From Ranitomeya imitator (Eukaryota): a DNA stretch of 64,000 nt. The position numbers were made by a program, and so were the translations under genes. A model generated the notes under the pieces. That model did not search any database. It was not told the origin of the DNA and saw only the letters and a program-made list of their open reading frames with translations. The stretch spans positions 20,646,001 to 20,710,000 of the forward strand of contig NC_091290.1 of NCBI RefSeq assembly GCF_032444005.1. Reading direction: 5' to 3'. Below are positions 38,301 through 51,318 of the stretch, in pieces. Position 1 is the stretch's first letter. Each line of letters begins with the position of its first letter.

Positions 38301-41300
38301 ATATGCAAACGTTCTCTTAATTTAATGAGTAGTGTATCAATAATCCATCAGTGCTTTATGAGAAGTAGGCATCAGATAGCTTGGAATATCAATATCTAGA
38401 CTTAGTCCTCTGACGTCTTTTAATAACAAAAATATAGTTATTGTACCTGTACTGTAACTCGGGGTCCAGTGGTCCATTGAAATAAGAATGAGACTTTGAT
38501 CCATCTCCCACAAGAACACTTATCATATTTGACTGCCCAGAGCTCACGATCTGTTCTTCCTCGAATATATAGGTGACATAAGTGTCGGTGAGCTTGTTCT
38601 TAAAATCGTTGTATGTTTTAGATAAAATTCCTTGAGTTGGATGGTCATCTAAAAGTAAAACTCAATAGTTTACACTTATAAAATTGAAGATCCAAAATTG
38701 ATACAGGTTTTTTATTTTTTACTACTTGTTTACAGGACAAAATGTTTCTTTCTGTACCATTTTGGGGTATGTGCGTTTGTACTGCAGTTTGCGGAAGACC
38801 TTGCCAACACAACCAGAAGAAGGGGTTAAATTGTTAGTTGATAACAATGAAATTTGTGAGATTCGCTGAAATAATTTGTAGCAGAAGACTGATATGTTGA
38901 TAACTATTTGGTAGAGGAGAACTGCCTCCTAAGTTAGTAATGGCTGGCATTAGGCAATAAAATGTAATATCTAAAGCAGTGTTTCTCAACTCCAGTCCTC
39001 AAGACCCCACAACAGGTCATGTTTTCAGGATTTCCTTAGTATTGCACAGGTGATAATTTCGTCACCTGCTCAAGCATTAATTCCATCGCCTATGCAATAC
39101 TAAGGAAATCTTGAAAACATGACCTGTTGTGGGGGTCTTGTGGACTGGAGTTGAGAAACACTGATCTAAAGGGTCCTCTCCTATGGACAACCTCTTTTCA
39201 TCTGATAAGTCTCCTTGCAATTAGCCAGATATGAGTGGTCATAGAAATTGTTCAAGATGGTAAATAACGAATTAATGAATGCAAAATAATAGTTATTAAA
39301 GTTCTAAATATTTGAAGCCCCTTTCATGAGACATTTTTAAGTAATGTTCACAAAATTTCCCTATCCTCTTGGATGATAGTTTCCGCTGCACTTTCCTGTT
39401 GCTCTCTGATTTTGATGATATGGCCCTTGGTTTACACCACACAGGGCATATAAAGTTGTTGTCCTACATCTAGAGATGGCTGGCATGTTACAGTACAACA
39501 TGTCTCCTGTGTATTTCTCTAGAAAGTCTAGTCCTTACCATTTGTCTCTGTTGTTACTACAACAGCATACGCCACTATGGGTCCATTTGAACTATTAAAA
39601 GGCGAGAACATAAGGTCCATTGAATCACCGAGTTCAGATTGACTGATCACAAAGTTGTTACTGGGCAGACCTGTGGAAAGATTATGGATAAAACGTATTC
39701 ACTGAATGGAGAAGTTTTGCCATAGTTATACATTTTTATACTATTTTCTTTACATTAAATTTCTAAAGGACTGAGTTACTTTGGGTCTCAAGAAATGTAC
39801 CCTTAACAGATATGTATAACTTGGAACCCCACAATCACTAGATTGGAAGTTCTGAGAGCCTTATATTTATTATACTGCACTCATCGCAAGGAGAAGTGCA
39901 AATAGAGAAATGACGGACGAGCACTCGGCCACTTCATTCAGAGTCAATGCAGCTGACGCACACAGTGAAGTACAGTGCTCCTTTTTTCCGTCAGTCCGAT
40001 TGACAAATGAGTGGTTGAATATCTAGAAATGCATTGGTAAAACTCAAAACCTCCTTCCGTGATGCAACTGGTAAAAAATCTACATGAAATAGTAGTATAA
40101 ATTATATCAGACTTTCTGATAGGACGTCCGAGGTCAGATCCCCTGCTTTGATGCGGGCTTCGGTGGTTTTGAACAGCTGACATGTGCTCACAATAGCGGC
40201 GGGTGGAATCGTGATTCACCCGCCACTATTAACTAGTTAAATGCCGCTGTCAAATGCTGACAGCGGCATTTACCTACCGCTTCCGGCCATCGTGCTGGAA
40301 ATGAGCGCATCGCTGACCCCGTCACATGATCGGGGGTTAGTGATGTGTCGGCATAACAACCAGAGGTCTCCTTGAGACCTCTATGGTTGTTGATGCTGGA
40401 TTGCTATGAGCGCCACCCTGTGGTCGGCGCTCATAGCAAGTATGCAATTCAGCTACATAGGAGCGATCTGAGCTTCGCTCCTATGTAGCAGAGCCGATCG
40501 AGTTGTGCCAGCTTCTAGCCTCCCATGGAGGCTATTGAAGCATGGCAGAAGTAAAAAAAAAATGTTTTAAAAAAATATGAAAAAAAAAAATATATATAAA
40601 AGTTTAAAACACCCCCCTTTCACCCCATTCAAAATAAAACAATAAAAAAAAATCAAACCTACACATATATGGTATCGCCACGTTCAGAATCGCCCAATCT
40701 ATCAATAAAAAAAGCATTAACCTGATCCCTAAACGGCGTAGCAAGAAAAAAAATTGAAACGCCAGAATTATGTTTTTTTTGGTCACCGCGGCATTGCATT
40801 AAAATGCAATAACGGGCAATCAAAAGAACGCATCTGCACCAAAATGGTATCATTAGAAATGTCAGCTTAGCGTGCAAAAAATAAGCCCATATCCAACCCC
40901 AGAACACGAAAAATGAAGACGCTATGGGTATCGGAAAATGGCACATTTTTTTTTTTTTTAGGAAAGTTTGGAATTTTTTTTCACCACTTATGGTGAGAGA
41001 TATGGTGGAGATAAAAAATAACCTAGACATGTTTTGTGTCTATGAACTCGTAACGACCTGGAGAATCATAATGGCAGGTCAGTTTTAGCATTTAGTGAAC
41101 CTATCAAAAAAGCCAAACAAAAAACAAGTGTGGGATTGCACTTTTTTTTGCAATTTCACCGCACTTGGAATTTTTTTACCGTCTTCTAGTACATGACATG
41201 CTAAAACCAATGATGCCGTTCAAAAGTACAGCTCGTCACACAAAAAATAAGCCCTCACATGGCCATATTGACGGAAAAATAAAAAAGTTATGGCTCTGGG

Positions 41301-41896
41301 AAGGAGGGGAGCGAAAAACGAAAATGAAAAAATTAAAATACCCCGGGTAATGAAGGGATTAAAATTATGGATATAAGAAAGATACCTACTAGCCTATGAC
41401 AGCACAACAATGGCTGGCGGTCCTAACTTAATAAGCAGGTTTGGTTCACATTGATCCAATATGTATGAGGAACTTTCAAAATTAAATATTAAATATTAGG
41501 GACTGGTAACAAGATGGTTATCCTTACATCATATTACCTAATATTCCACTTAAGAAATGTGATTACATCCTGTGAGAAATCAGCTTTTCTAGATGCATTT
41601 TTAGTCACCCCTCAGCTAAGAGCAGGACTAGCTGTGTAAATGTTTGCTAATTGTAAACTAGTACATTCATTAACAGCAACCAAAAAAGTGGGGGGAAAAA
41701 TGAAACACAAACTACCGTATATTAGAAAGTTGCAGCAGTTTCATTTACAATGTTATTAAGCTTTATTTTTACAAAAACAGAAAACTCTGAATGTAGCGTA
41801 TGTCTGTAATATACCTGTATAAAAAGTATCTACAGGGTCGATTGCCGAGATTGTATTAAGAGAAGTCATATTTGTTTTAGTTATTAAAACACTTAG

Positions 41897-41935
<39 letters not shown>

Positions 41936-44900
41936 TATAGATTACCTTTTATATTTTTCTCAGTTATTAAAGAGTAAGGACCCATGTAGTCTGTGAAAGA
42001 TAGCAGAGATTGATCTTCAATGATGGTGTCTGTGGTTAGGTCATATTGGATTATATTAAAGCCAGCGATGCTGACCCTGAAAATCAAGAAATAAATATCA
42101 TAGTTAGTATGGTCTGTTAAAGGAAACACAGAGCTAATACAGTCATGTTTATATCCATAGCTATAAGTCCTGCACTTCAATTCTGGGACCTCTCAGACAT
42201 TACAGTGTAGGTGCTTCTGAAACCGCTGCACCCTAATATTACTCCATTGTGCAGATTGCTGCACTCTTCAGTTTGTTTATAATACAGTACTGTCTCCAGA
42301 CCCCAGAGCATAATAAATGTAATATGTTAAAAATTAAAAAAAATCCTTGTACGCACCTCACCACTCACCTCTCCAGCCCCTCCGCTCCTCACCGTCACCT
42401 GTCTGGTCCACATCCCATCTTCAGATCATCGGTGCTCAAGGTGAAATCCCCGGGCTTCTTACACTGGGCCGGAATTTCCAGTTTTGATGAAGCATGAAAG
42501 GTTGCAGCATAAGTACATCACGGCGTGAGGGATTTCATTGCGTGTAGGGATTTCAGTACCCATAACGGTGATCTGAAGATGTGGCGAGGACAAAACGGGT
42601 GATGGCGAGGAGCGGAGGAACCTGTTAGGTGAGCAGTGAGGTAAGTATACAGTTTTCTCTATTTGGAATGTTATAAATATAAGGATGGTACCTGTACTGT
42701 AACTGGGGATCCAATGGTCCATTGATATAAGAATGAGTCTTTGATCCATCTCCCAGAAGAACACTTATCTTATCTGACTTTGCAAAATTTGTGATCTGTT
42801 CTTCTTCAAAGATATAGGTGACATAAGTGTTAGTTAGATTGTTCTTAAAATCATCATATGTTTTAGATAAAATTCCGTGAGGTTGGTGATCGCCTGAAAG
42901 GGAAAATCAACTATTTAGATTTTTAAAATTAATCACATTTAAAAGGGACATGAGCCCTGATTACTGATTACATAGAAGATAGCAAACCACCGTTGTGTGT
43001 GCCTTATAATAAGCGCTCCTATAATTTTCTACATTTTCTAATACACATTCTGAAGAGAGTTTATAAAGGCTATGAACAATTCAATGCATTGGCTTCTATG
43101 ACTGAAATTGGCAACAGGGGAACAGTAAATATTTCAATAATGTTTTCCACTGGAAGAAAAAATGGCAAACAGCCATGACAACATTTGGTATCTTTCAAAT
43201 CCTACGTGACAAAATAACTTACTGAGGTTCAAATCTAACTTTAATTTCTTTGCATCATATTTTATAATAAAATCTGGATTTTATAATTCCCAGTCGTTCT
43301 CAGTAACATCAAGCCATGAAGAAATATTCAGGAAGCCCTCATTTACTTTAACCTATGGGAAAGCTTATAAGTATAGTAGCCATTTCTACTATGTTTAAGA
43401 CATTTTGAAAAATGTATTCTTTAGGGACTAATCTAGTTGTAAAGTTGTTTTCACTTCCAGGTGCTATCAGGGACTTATTTTTTTTTTGTTTGCTATTAGG
43501 CTAAGCTCTTATCAGCAAGTAGTTGCTAACTGTCTGTTCTGTGGTGCGAAATTCTCTACCACTTCAGAGCACTCCTGGCGGCAATTTTTCTATTTCCTGT
43601 GATGTCACTTCCACACAGCAGTTCCTTATTTTTTGCTCAGCTATGCTGATGGTGCGTCACTGCCTTCTCTTTTTGCTATCTTTGTTAACCCCTTAGTGAC
43701 GGAGCCAAATTTTTGAAATCTGACCAGTGTCAATTTATGTGGTAATGACTCTGGAATACTTCAACAAATCCCAGTGATTTTGAGATTGTTTTTCATGACA
43801 CATTATACTTTATGATAATGGTAAATTTAGGTTGATATGATTTGTGTTTATTTATAAAAAATATCAGAAATTTGAGAAAAATGTTAAAAAATTAGCAATT
43901 TTCTAACTTTGGATGATTATCCCTTTAATCCAGATGGTCATACCACAGCAAACCATTAATAAATAACATTTCCCACATGTCTGCTTTACTTCAGCACCAT
44001 TTGTAAAATGTTATTTTATTTTGTTAGCATTTTAGGAGGTTTAAAAATGTAGCAGTAATTTTTCATTTTTTCAAGGAAATTTGCAAAATGTATGTTTTTA
44101 GGGACCTATCCATGTTTAAAGTGCCTTTAGTGGACCCCTATATTGGGAAACCCCCAAAAGTGATACCATTTTAAAAACAGCACCCCCTGACATATTGAAA
44201 ACTGCTGTCAGGTAGTGTATTAACCCTTCAGGTGCTTTTCAGGAATTAATGCAAAGTGGCATGACAGAAATGAAAATGTGTATTTTTACTACCTAAATGT
44301 CTCTAACTTCTGAACAGGTTACAACAGCCGTCAGACTGTAAGGCCGCTATTTGGTCATGAATTGTCATGGCAAACATCAGGACCACACAATCATGATCGG
44401 AGGGCACCAATTGGGATAAAGAGGAAGCCCCCACACTGTTAACCATTTATAATGATGTAGTCACTATTGACAGCAGCATCTAAGGGGTTAAACAGATTTG
44501 GACGGTGCAAACACTGATCGTGGCTGATACAGCAAGTTGTCAGCTATAGTGGACAGCCGACAGCTGCTGGATTGTCACCTGTATGGGGAGGCTATTCTCT
44601 TATATCTCAGGTCAGTTAAAGACGTATTGGCGGTCATTAAGGGGTTAATGTAAAACATTATTTACATACTGCAATTTGCATGACTATTTGCCTATGACTT
44701 TTTCTTTTCCAGAAATTTGAACAATGAACTTTAAGATCTTTTTATTTACAGTAGGTTCTATCATTTCCCCTAGACTTGATTACAATGTGTTCATACTTAT
44801 GGAACGGTTTTGAGCGCTGAACTACATTTCTCCTTCTCTAGTCTGTGTTATGTGTGCTATGTGATATCCATGGTTTGTTAAATTTTTCACAATGCTTAAA

Positions 44901-47900
44901 TGAAAATGGAATTGATAAGAAAAGAGAAACACTACTCGATATTTATCATCCTAATTCTTCAGTTTTTAGAAATATCCCATATGTGGCTATAATGTGAAAA
45001 TGTACTCACATGTAGGCCTCTAACATATAGGAGCACATTGTGGATTTTGTGGTCTTCTTTTAATTTGGATGTTTTTCCAGCACCAGTATACATTGACGCA
45101 GTGTTTAAAGTGTCAACATGTAAGCGATCAAAACCAAAAAGATCCAGTTTTGAAAACTACACCCCCCTATGAATTTACCTACTGAGTATTTTACCACACA
45201 GTTCTTTGAAAGAACTAAAAATAACTGGTTTGGGAAAATGGAAAATATTTTTTTTCTGATTTCTTTAAGATGTTTTAATGACAAATTTCTCATTTTCTCA
45301 CTGAATCATAGCAGAAAACGTACCACAAAAACATGAATAATAATAATAAAAAATATATATTTTTGGGGAATATGTAAATCTTTTAGTTTTTTTTTTAAAT
45401 TAACACCGAAATAAGAGATGAAAATTAGTAGCTTTATTACAGTCACATAAAATTATTTTCTGAGGAAAGCATCTATAAAGCGAGTCCTAGCAACTGAATC
45501 TATTTAAATATTGGATATCAGAGAACTTTTTACTATACATTTTTAAATATATCATTGTCTTTATTTTATGTATGTTGTCTAATATATGGTTATACATATT
45601 GTTGGATAATCACACCTAGAAGTGGGGTATGTGGGCAGCCATACGCGCCCATCTCTCAGGCTGCCTGTAAAACCTGACCCAGGTGCACCATACAGTCCTC
45701 TTAGTGCTACGTGCACTAGAGCAATATTCTAGGATGGCATCACAGATGACCACCATCTCTGCGATACATACGTACCTCCCATCAACTATATGTATGGTAA
45801 CTGCCTTATATACCTCCCCCTCTGCCTAAAGTCATGGTGTTTGGCACCTTCTACTACTAGACAGGGGATTCTCGATAGGGCATTGGCTTCCAGGCTCTGT
45901 GTTTCACATGGAAGCTGAAATTTTGCAGGGCTAGAAACGAGTGGGTGACCCTAGCATTTTTTCCCTTTTTCTCCCTCATACACCTGAGTGCGGCATGGTC
46001 TGATACCAATTTAAATTTTCACCCTAACAGACAGTACCATAATGTGCCCACTGCCCACTTTGTAGCCAAGCATTCTTTTTCCACTATGGAGTAATTTTTC
46101 TCAAACATGGACAACTTCCAACTGCAGAACATCACAAGGTTTTCCTCTTTGTTAACTTCCAGAGGGTCAGTTTCAGTTCCTGTGAGACCACCTCAGCTTC
46201 CGGGGTCCACTTAGCCATAGCCGTCAACAGGGCTGCTATCAGGGTAAAGCTAAGTATAAAGCTTCGGTAGTAGCCCTTGATGCCAAGAAATTCCCTGACC
46301 TGCTTCTTTGAGAGCGGCTGCAGCCAACTCTGGATCGCTTCCACATTATTTATTTGTAGTTTTATGTCACCTCTTCCTACAACTTAGCCCAGATACTTGG
46401 CTTCCTGCATCCCAATTGCACACTTCTTAGTTTTGATGGTAAAGCCTGCTTTCCTTAGGGCGTCAAGTATTGCCTGAACTTTGCTAAGATAATTTCCCCA
46501 GTCTTGGCTGAACATGACGATTTAATCTAAGTAGGCCACTGCATACTTTTTATGGGGTGCTAAGTTCATGGCTCTCTGGAAAGTTTCCGGAGCTCCCTGT
46601 AACCCAAGTGGCATTCTGACGTACTGATAACACCCGTCTGGGGTCAAGAAGGCCGTTTTTTTCCTTGGGACATGGGCATTTGCCAATATCCTTTTGTGAG
46701 GTCAAAAGTGGTAATGTACCTGGCTGGCCCTAGCCTTTCAATCAGTTCATCTACCCTGGGCATTGGGTAGATGTCAAACTTCAAGACCTCATTGAGCTTC
46801 CTGTAGTCATTGCAGAATCTCCACTTGCAATCAGGTTTTGAAACCAGGCCAATCGAACTAACCATTCACTCTTGGACTCCTCAATGCCTCCGAGTTTCAA
46901 CATATGACTTCCATGGATATTAGCTCTCGTCGGGCTTCGGAAATTTGATAGGTCTTCAAATTCACCCTCACATAGGGTTCCATCAGAACCTTGCATTCTA
47001 TCCCCTTTGTACTCCCTGGTAATTCCGAGAACAGGTCCTTGTTCTGCTGCAGCAATTCCTGACACTGCTGTTTTGGGGCCTTCAACAGTGTCTCTGCTAT
47101 CGCGACTCCTTCAACTGTCAGGTTCTGGCTTAACCAGCATACATGGAGTTTAAACTGGCTCTCTGTCTTGCCACGGCTTGACGAGATTGACGTGGTTGAC
47201 CTGGTAGGGCTTACATCTTCTCGGTTGATTAATCTTGTAATTCACTTAACCAAGCTTTTCCACCACCTCATAAGGCCCTTGCCACTTGGCCAGGAACTTA
47301 CTCTCCATGGTTGGAATTAGTACGAGAAATGGCTTCCCAGTGCTGAATTGCCTTCCTCCGGTCCACCGGTTGCAGACTCCAGCTTGAGCTTCTTGTGCCT
47401 GGAGAAGATGTCCTTTTACGATGGGTATCACCTTCGCAATCTTCTCCTGCATCTGAGTGACATGCTTGATGACGTTCTGGTGGGGTGAGACTCCGCCTTC
47501 CCAGGTTTTGTTCTTTATATCAAGGAAATCCCACGGATGTCGGCCATACAGAAGAGAACCCAGTAGAGGCCTATGGAACCTCCTGGATATAGAACAGCAG
47601 ATACAAAGTCTCTTGTTAGCCAATCCTGGTCACACAGGCTGGATAGCATCCAGTACACAGCTCAGCAACTGTGAAGTAATATAATTAGGATTGCTAAGAG
47701 ACAAAACAATAAAAAAGCACCAGAGTGGTAAATGAAAGACCTGAACCACATTATGCAAATTTACGACTGTTCCATGACTATCTTTTGTAAGCTTCCACAT
47801 GGCCCCAAGAGGGGATACCCCAGCCATTTTACACTTCTGTATAATCCCTACATACTGTGTATGTCTCAAAAGAGTTATCCCTTACCATTCATCTCTGTTG

Positions 47901-49079
47901 TTACTACGACAGCATACGCCACTATGTCTCCATATGAAGCATGAAAAGGCGAGAACTCAACAGACATTGAACTGCGGAGTACAGATGGGTTATTCTGAAC
48001 ATCGTTATCTGGTAGACCTATGGAGAGATCTGGATAAAACATGTTCATTGGACTGACAATCTGTAAGTTAACAAATTATTATATTTTTACATTATTTGCT
48101 TTACTTTAAATTTCTTAAAGACTGAGCTAATGTTAGCCTCACTGGGATTTAAACTAAAAATAAATTAATCAATTTTCCACACAATACACTGTTTTCAGTT
48201 GACATTAGTCTAATGAATATGGGGCCTATAAGTGTTAGAGACCGGTGACTAGAGTTGAGCGAATATATTCGGAATCGGTCACTGAATTTGCCATATTTGT
48301 GCCATATTGGTACCCTATTCGTGCCGAATTCATGTTTGATGATCGGTTCCAAACATATTTGGTAATTTCTACTCTCACTGACTCTAATGCCGTTCGGCTT
48401 TGTTCAGCCAATATTGAAAAAACAATCATGAGTGGAACCGAATTTTGAAAAATTAGCTCAGCTCTACCCGTGATGTGTTGTCATTGCTTCTATCGCATGA
48501 CTTAATACTCTACTTACAGAGATTATGTTTTATTTATATGTGAACCATAAAACTCTTTTACTGAATGTATCTTACAGTATATATGGAAAGTGACTGCTTT
48601 ATAAGTATAATATCTGTCATATACCTGTGTAGATAGATTCCTCGGACCCGGATGTAGAGATGGGATTAATAGAAGTTGTATTTGTCTTACTTATTAACGA
48701 GTAAGGACCCATGTAGTCTGTGAAAGATACCAGAGATTGATCTTCAATGATGGTGTCTGTGGTTAGATCATACTGGATAATATTAAAACCAGCGATGCTG
48801 ACCCTGAAAATCAGACGATGATTATTGTAGTTAGTGTGGTCCGTTAAATGAGTGATAAAGTAAAAATGTTCACATTCCTAGCGAGAAGTCCTTCATCTCA
48901 GTGCATTACCTGTTATAGGGGGTCTCCTTCATTACAAGCCTTATGTGAGGCTTGTAGGCAGTAGGGTTTAGATCCAAATCTAACCTCTGCATCTCTATAA
49001 AACGAGACTACTCATACTTATTTATTACTCCAAATAGTATTATTCTTTCTATTTTTATAAATATAAATATATAAATTGA

Positions 49080-49130
<51 letters not shown>

Positions 49131-51284
49131 TACTTCACAAGAACCAAACATCAGAAGAATTGGTGCAAAAATATCTAAATCTCATCATATGATCTATGTA
49201 AAGCGCCATAATAATAAATAATAATATAAATATAGTCAGGATACCTGTACTGTAACTGAGGATCCAGTGGTCCATTAAAATAAGAATGAGTCTTTGTTCC
49301 ATCACCCACATGAACACCTATCTTTTTTGACTGCGCAAAACTTGCTATCTGTTCTTCCTCAAGGATGTAGGTGACATATGTGTCCGTCAGCTTGTTCTTA
49401 AAATCGTCATATGTCTTCAATAAAATCCCTGAAGGTGGGAGATCGGCTAAAATGGAAAATGAATACGTTAATTTTTTTTACATAACTGGAAGCAAAATGG
49501 ACAAGAGCCTTCATAACATAGAAGGTAGCAATCCATGATTGTGCATGCCATATATATTATGCTCCCCTATCACCTGGTATTATATAGTTACAGAGATGGA
49601 AAAAAGCCCTCGGTCCATCAAGTTCAGCCTTTCTCCACCAATTATTTTTTTTGGTTACCAAATTAACTAATTAACTATAACCCACAATGTTATGTGTATT
49701 GAGGAAATCATCCAGTCCTTGTATAAAAGCTGTTATAGTGTCTGCCATTACTGCCTCTTGTGGTTGGCATTCCACAGTCTGACTGCTCTAACTGTAAAGA
49801 ACCCTTTCCTATTTAGCTGTCAGAATTGCCGTTCTTCCACCCGTAATGACTGCCCCCTGGTCCTTAGCATAGTCTTTGGACGAAATAAGTCCTGTGAGCT
49901 CCTTTGTACTGACCACGCATACATTTATACATATAAACAAGATCCCCTATGAGGCGTCTTTTTTTCTAAGCTAAAGAAACCCAACTTTTTCAACCTCTCA
50001 TCATATGAGAGGCCTTCCATCCCTTGTAATAATCTAGTTGCCCGCCTTTGAACTGACTCTAATTTCTGAATGTCCTTTTTTAAATGTGGGTCCCAAAACT
50101 GGATCCCATGGTCTAGATGTGGCCTCACAAGCGATTTATAAAGTGGTAACAATACATTGGGATCGTGGGATTTTATCTCTCTTTTTATACACCCTAAAAT
50201 TGTGTTTGCTTTTGCAGCTGCTGCCTGACATTGAGTACAGGTGCTCGGCTTACTTGAAACCAGAATCCCCTGTCCTTCTCCTGTTCTGTATCCCATGTAT
50301 ACTCCCATTTAATGTATATGGAGCTATAGGATTACTCCATCCTAGGTGCATTAGTTTACATTTATCTACATTAAACTTCATTTGCCAAGTGTTTGACCAA
50401 ATTCTCAGTTCTGAGATAAAATCTGTGTTCAGTGAAGACAGACATTCCCATTACTGAGATAGAAGATGGCACCTGCCATTTTACAAAACTATATATTTGG
50501 GGGAACTGAAGAGCTTTTTTAGTTTTGGAAAGGCAATTCTGGAAAGGCTTTCCCATAAACTTCATCATTTTAACCCATTATCCACCTATGTCCTTTTTTA
50601 GGGACGCCTAATCTTTAGCTTCTAGCAACTAAGATTTTATAATTTTTATAATTAGGTCCAATTTTTTGTGTTGTGTTTGTAAAATGAATGTTTTCAAAAT
50701 AGGAAATCATGTCATTGTCATTTTTAATTGAATATTGGGACGCCCTTATCTGAAAAATCCGTACTTGTAAAAATTTGAATTTGGCAAGTAATGGCTTAAC
50801 AATTGATCCAGCAAGTATTTTAGGAAATTTGTTAACCCTTCGAGTATTTCTCGGTAAGAAAAGCAAAGTCGAGATTAATTTAAACAATTAAAACAGCACT
50901 CTTCAAGGAATTTACATGTGCCGACTATTTTCCCACAGGTTTGTTTTAGAATTAATATCGAATGAGGTGTGAAAACGAATATTATTTCTAATTTATGAAG
51001 ATTATTTAGTGCCAACATTTTCTTTTTCACATGTGTTAGGAGGAAAAGCACCACTACTAGAATTGTTACGTAATTTTCCAAAGTACCGTAATTCCCCATA
51101 TGTGGTTATAAACTGCTGTGTGGGCACCTGGCAGGGCTAAAAAAGAAATCAGTGTTAATTCATTTTTGTGTTGTGATGATTGACTGTTTTCTGGACATTT
51201 AATAAAGTGTTCCCTGTTTGTTACAAGAACCTTGTGCCAATGTGAATAGTACAGCACCATGGAATCAGTGGTGCTATATAAATA

Positions 51285-51318
<34 letters not shown>

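Noticed and set aside
19967-39670. CRISPR array, or a purely artefactual assembly duplication
   Set aside because: The repeats are spliceosomal exons in eukaryotic DNA, and each copy has private substitutions, indels and insertions. Exact copy number still needs long-read confirmation.
41892-41945. 54-nt mini-intron that would rejoin both halves of exon C4
   Set aside because: Very short for a vertebrate intron, and the downstream part would begin TG TTT TAA (stop).
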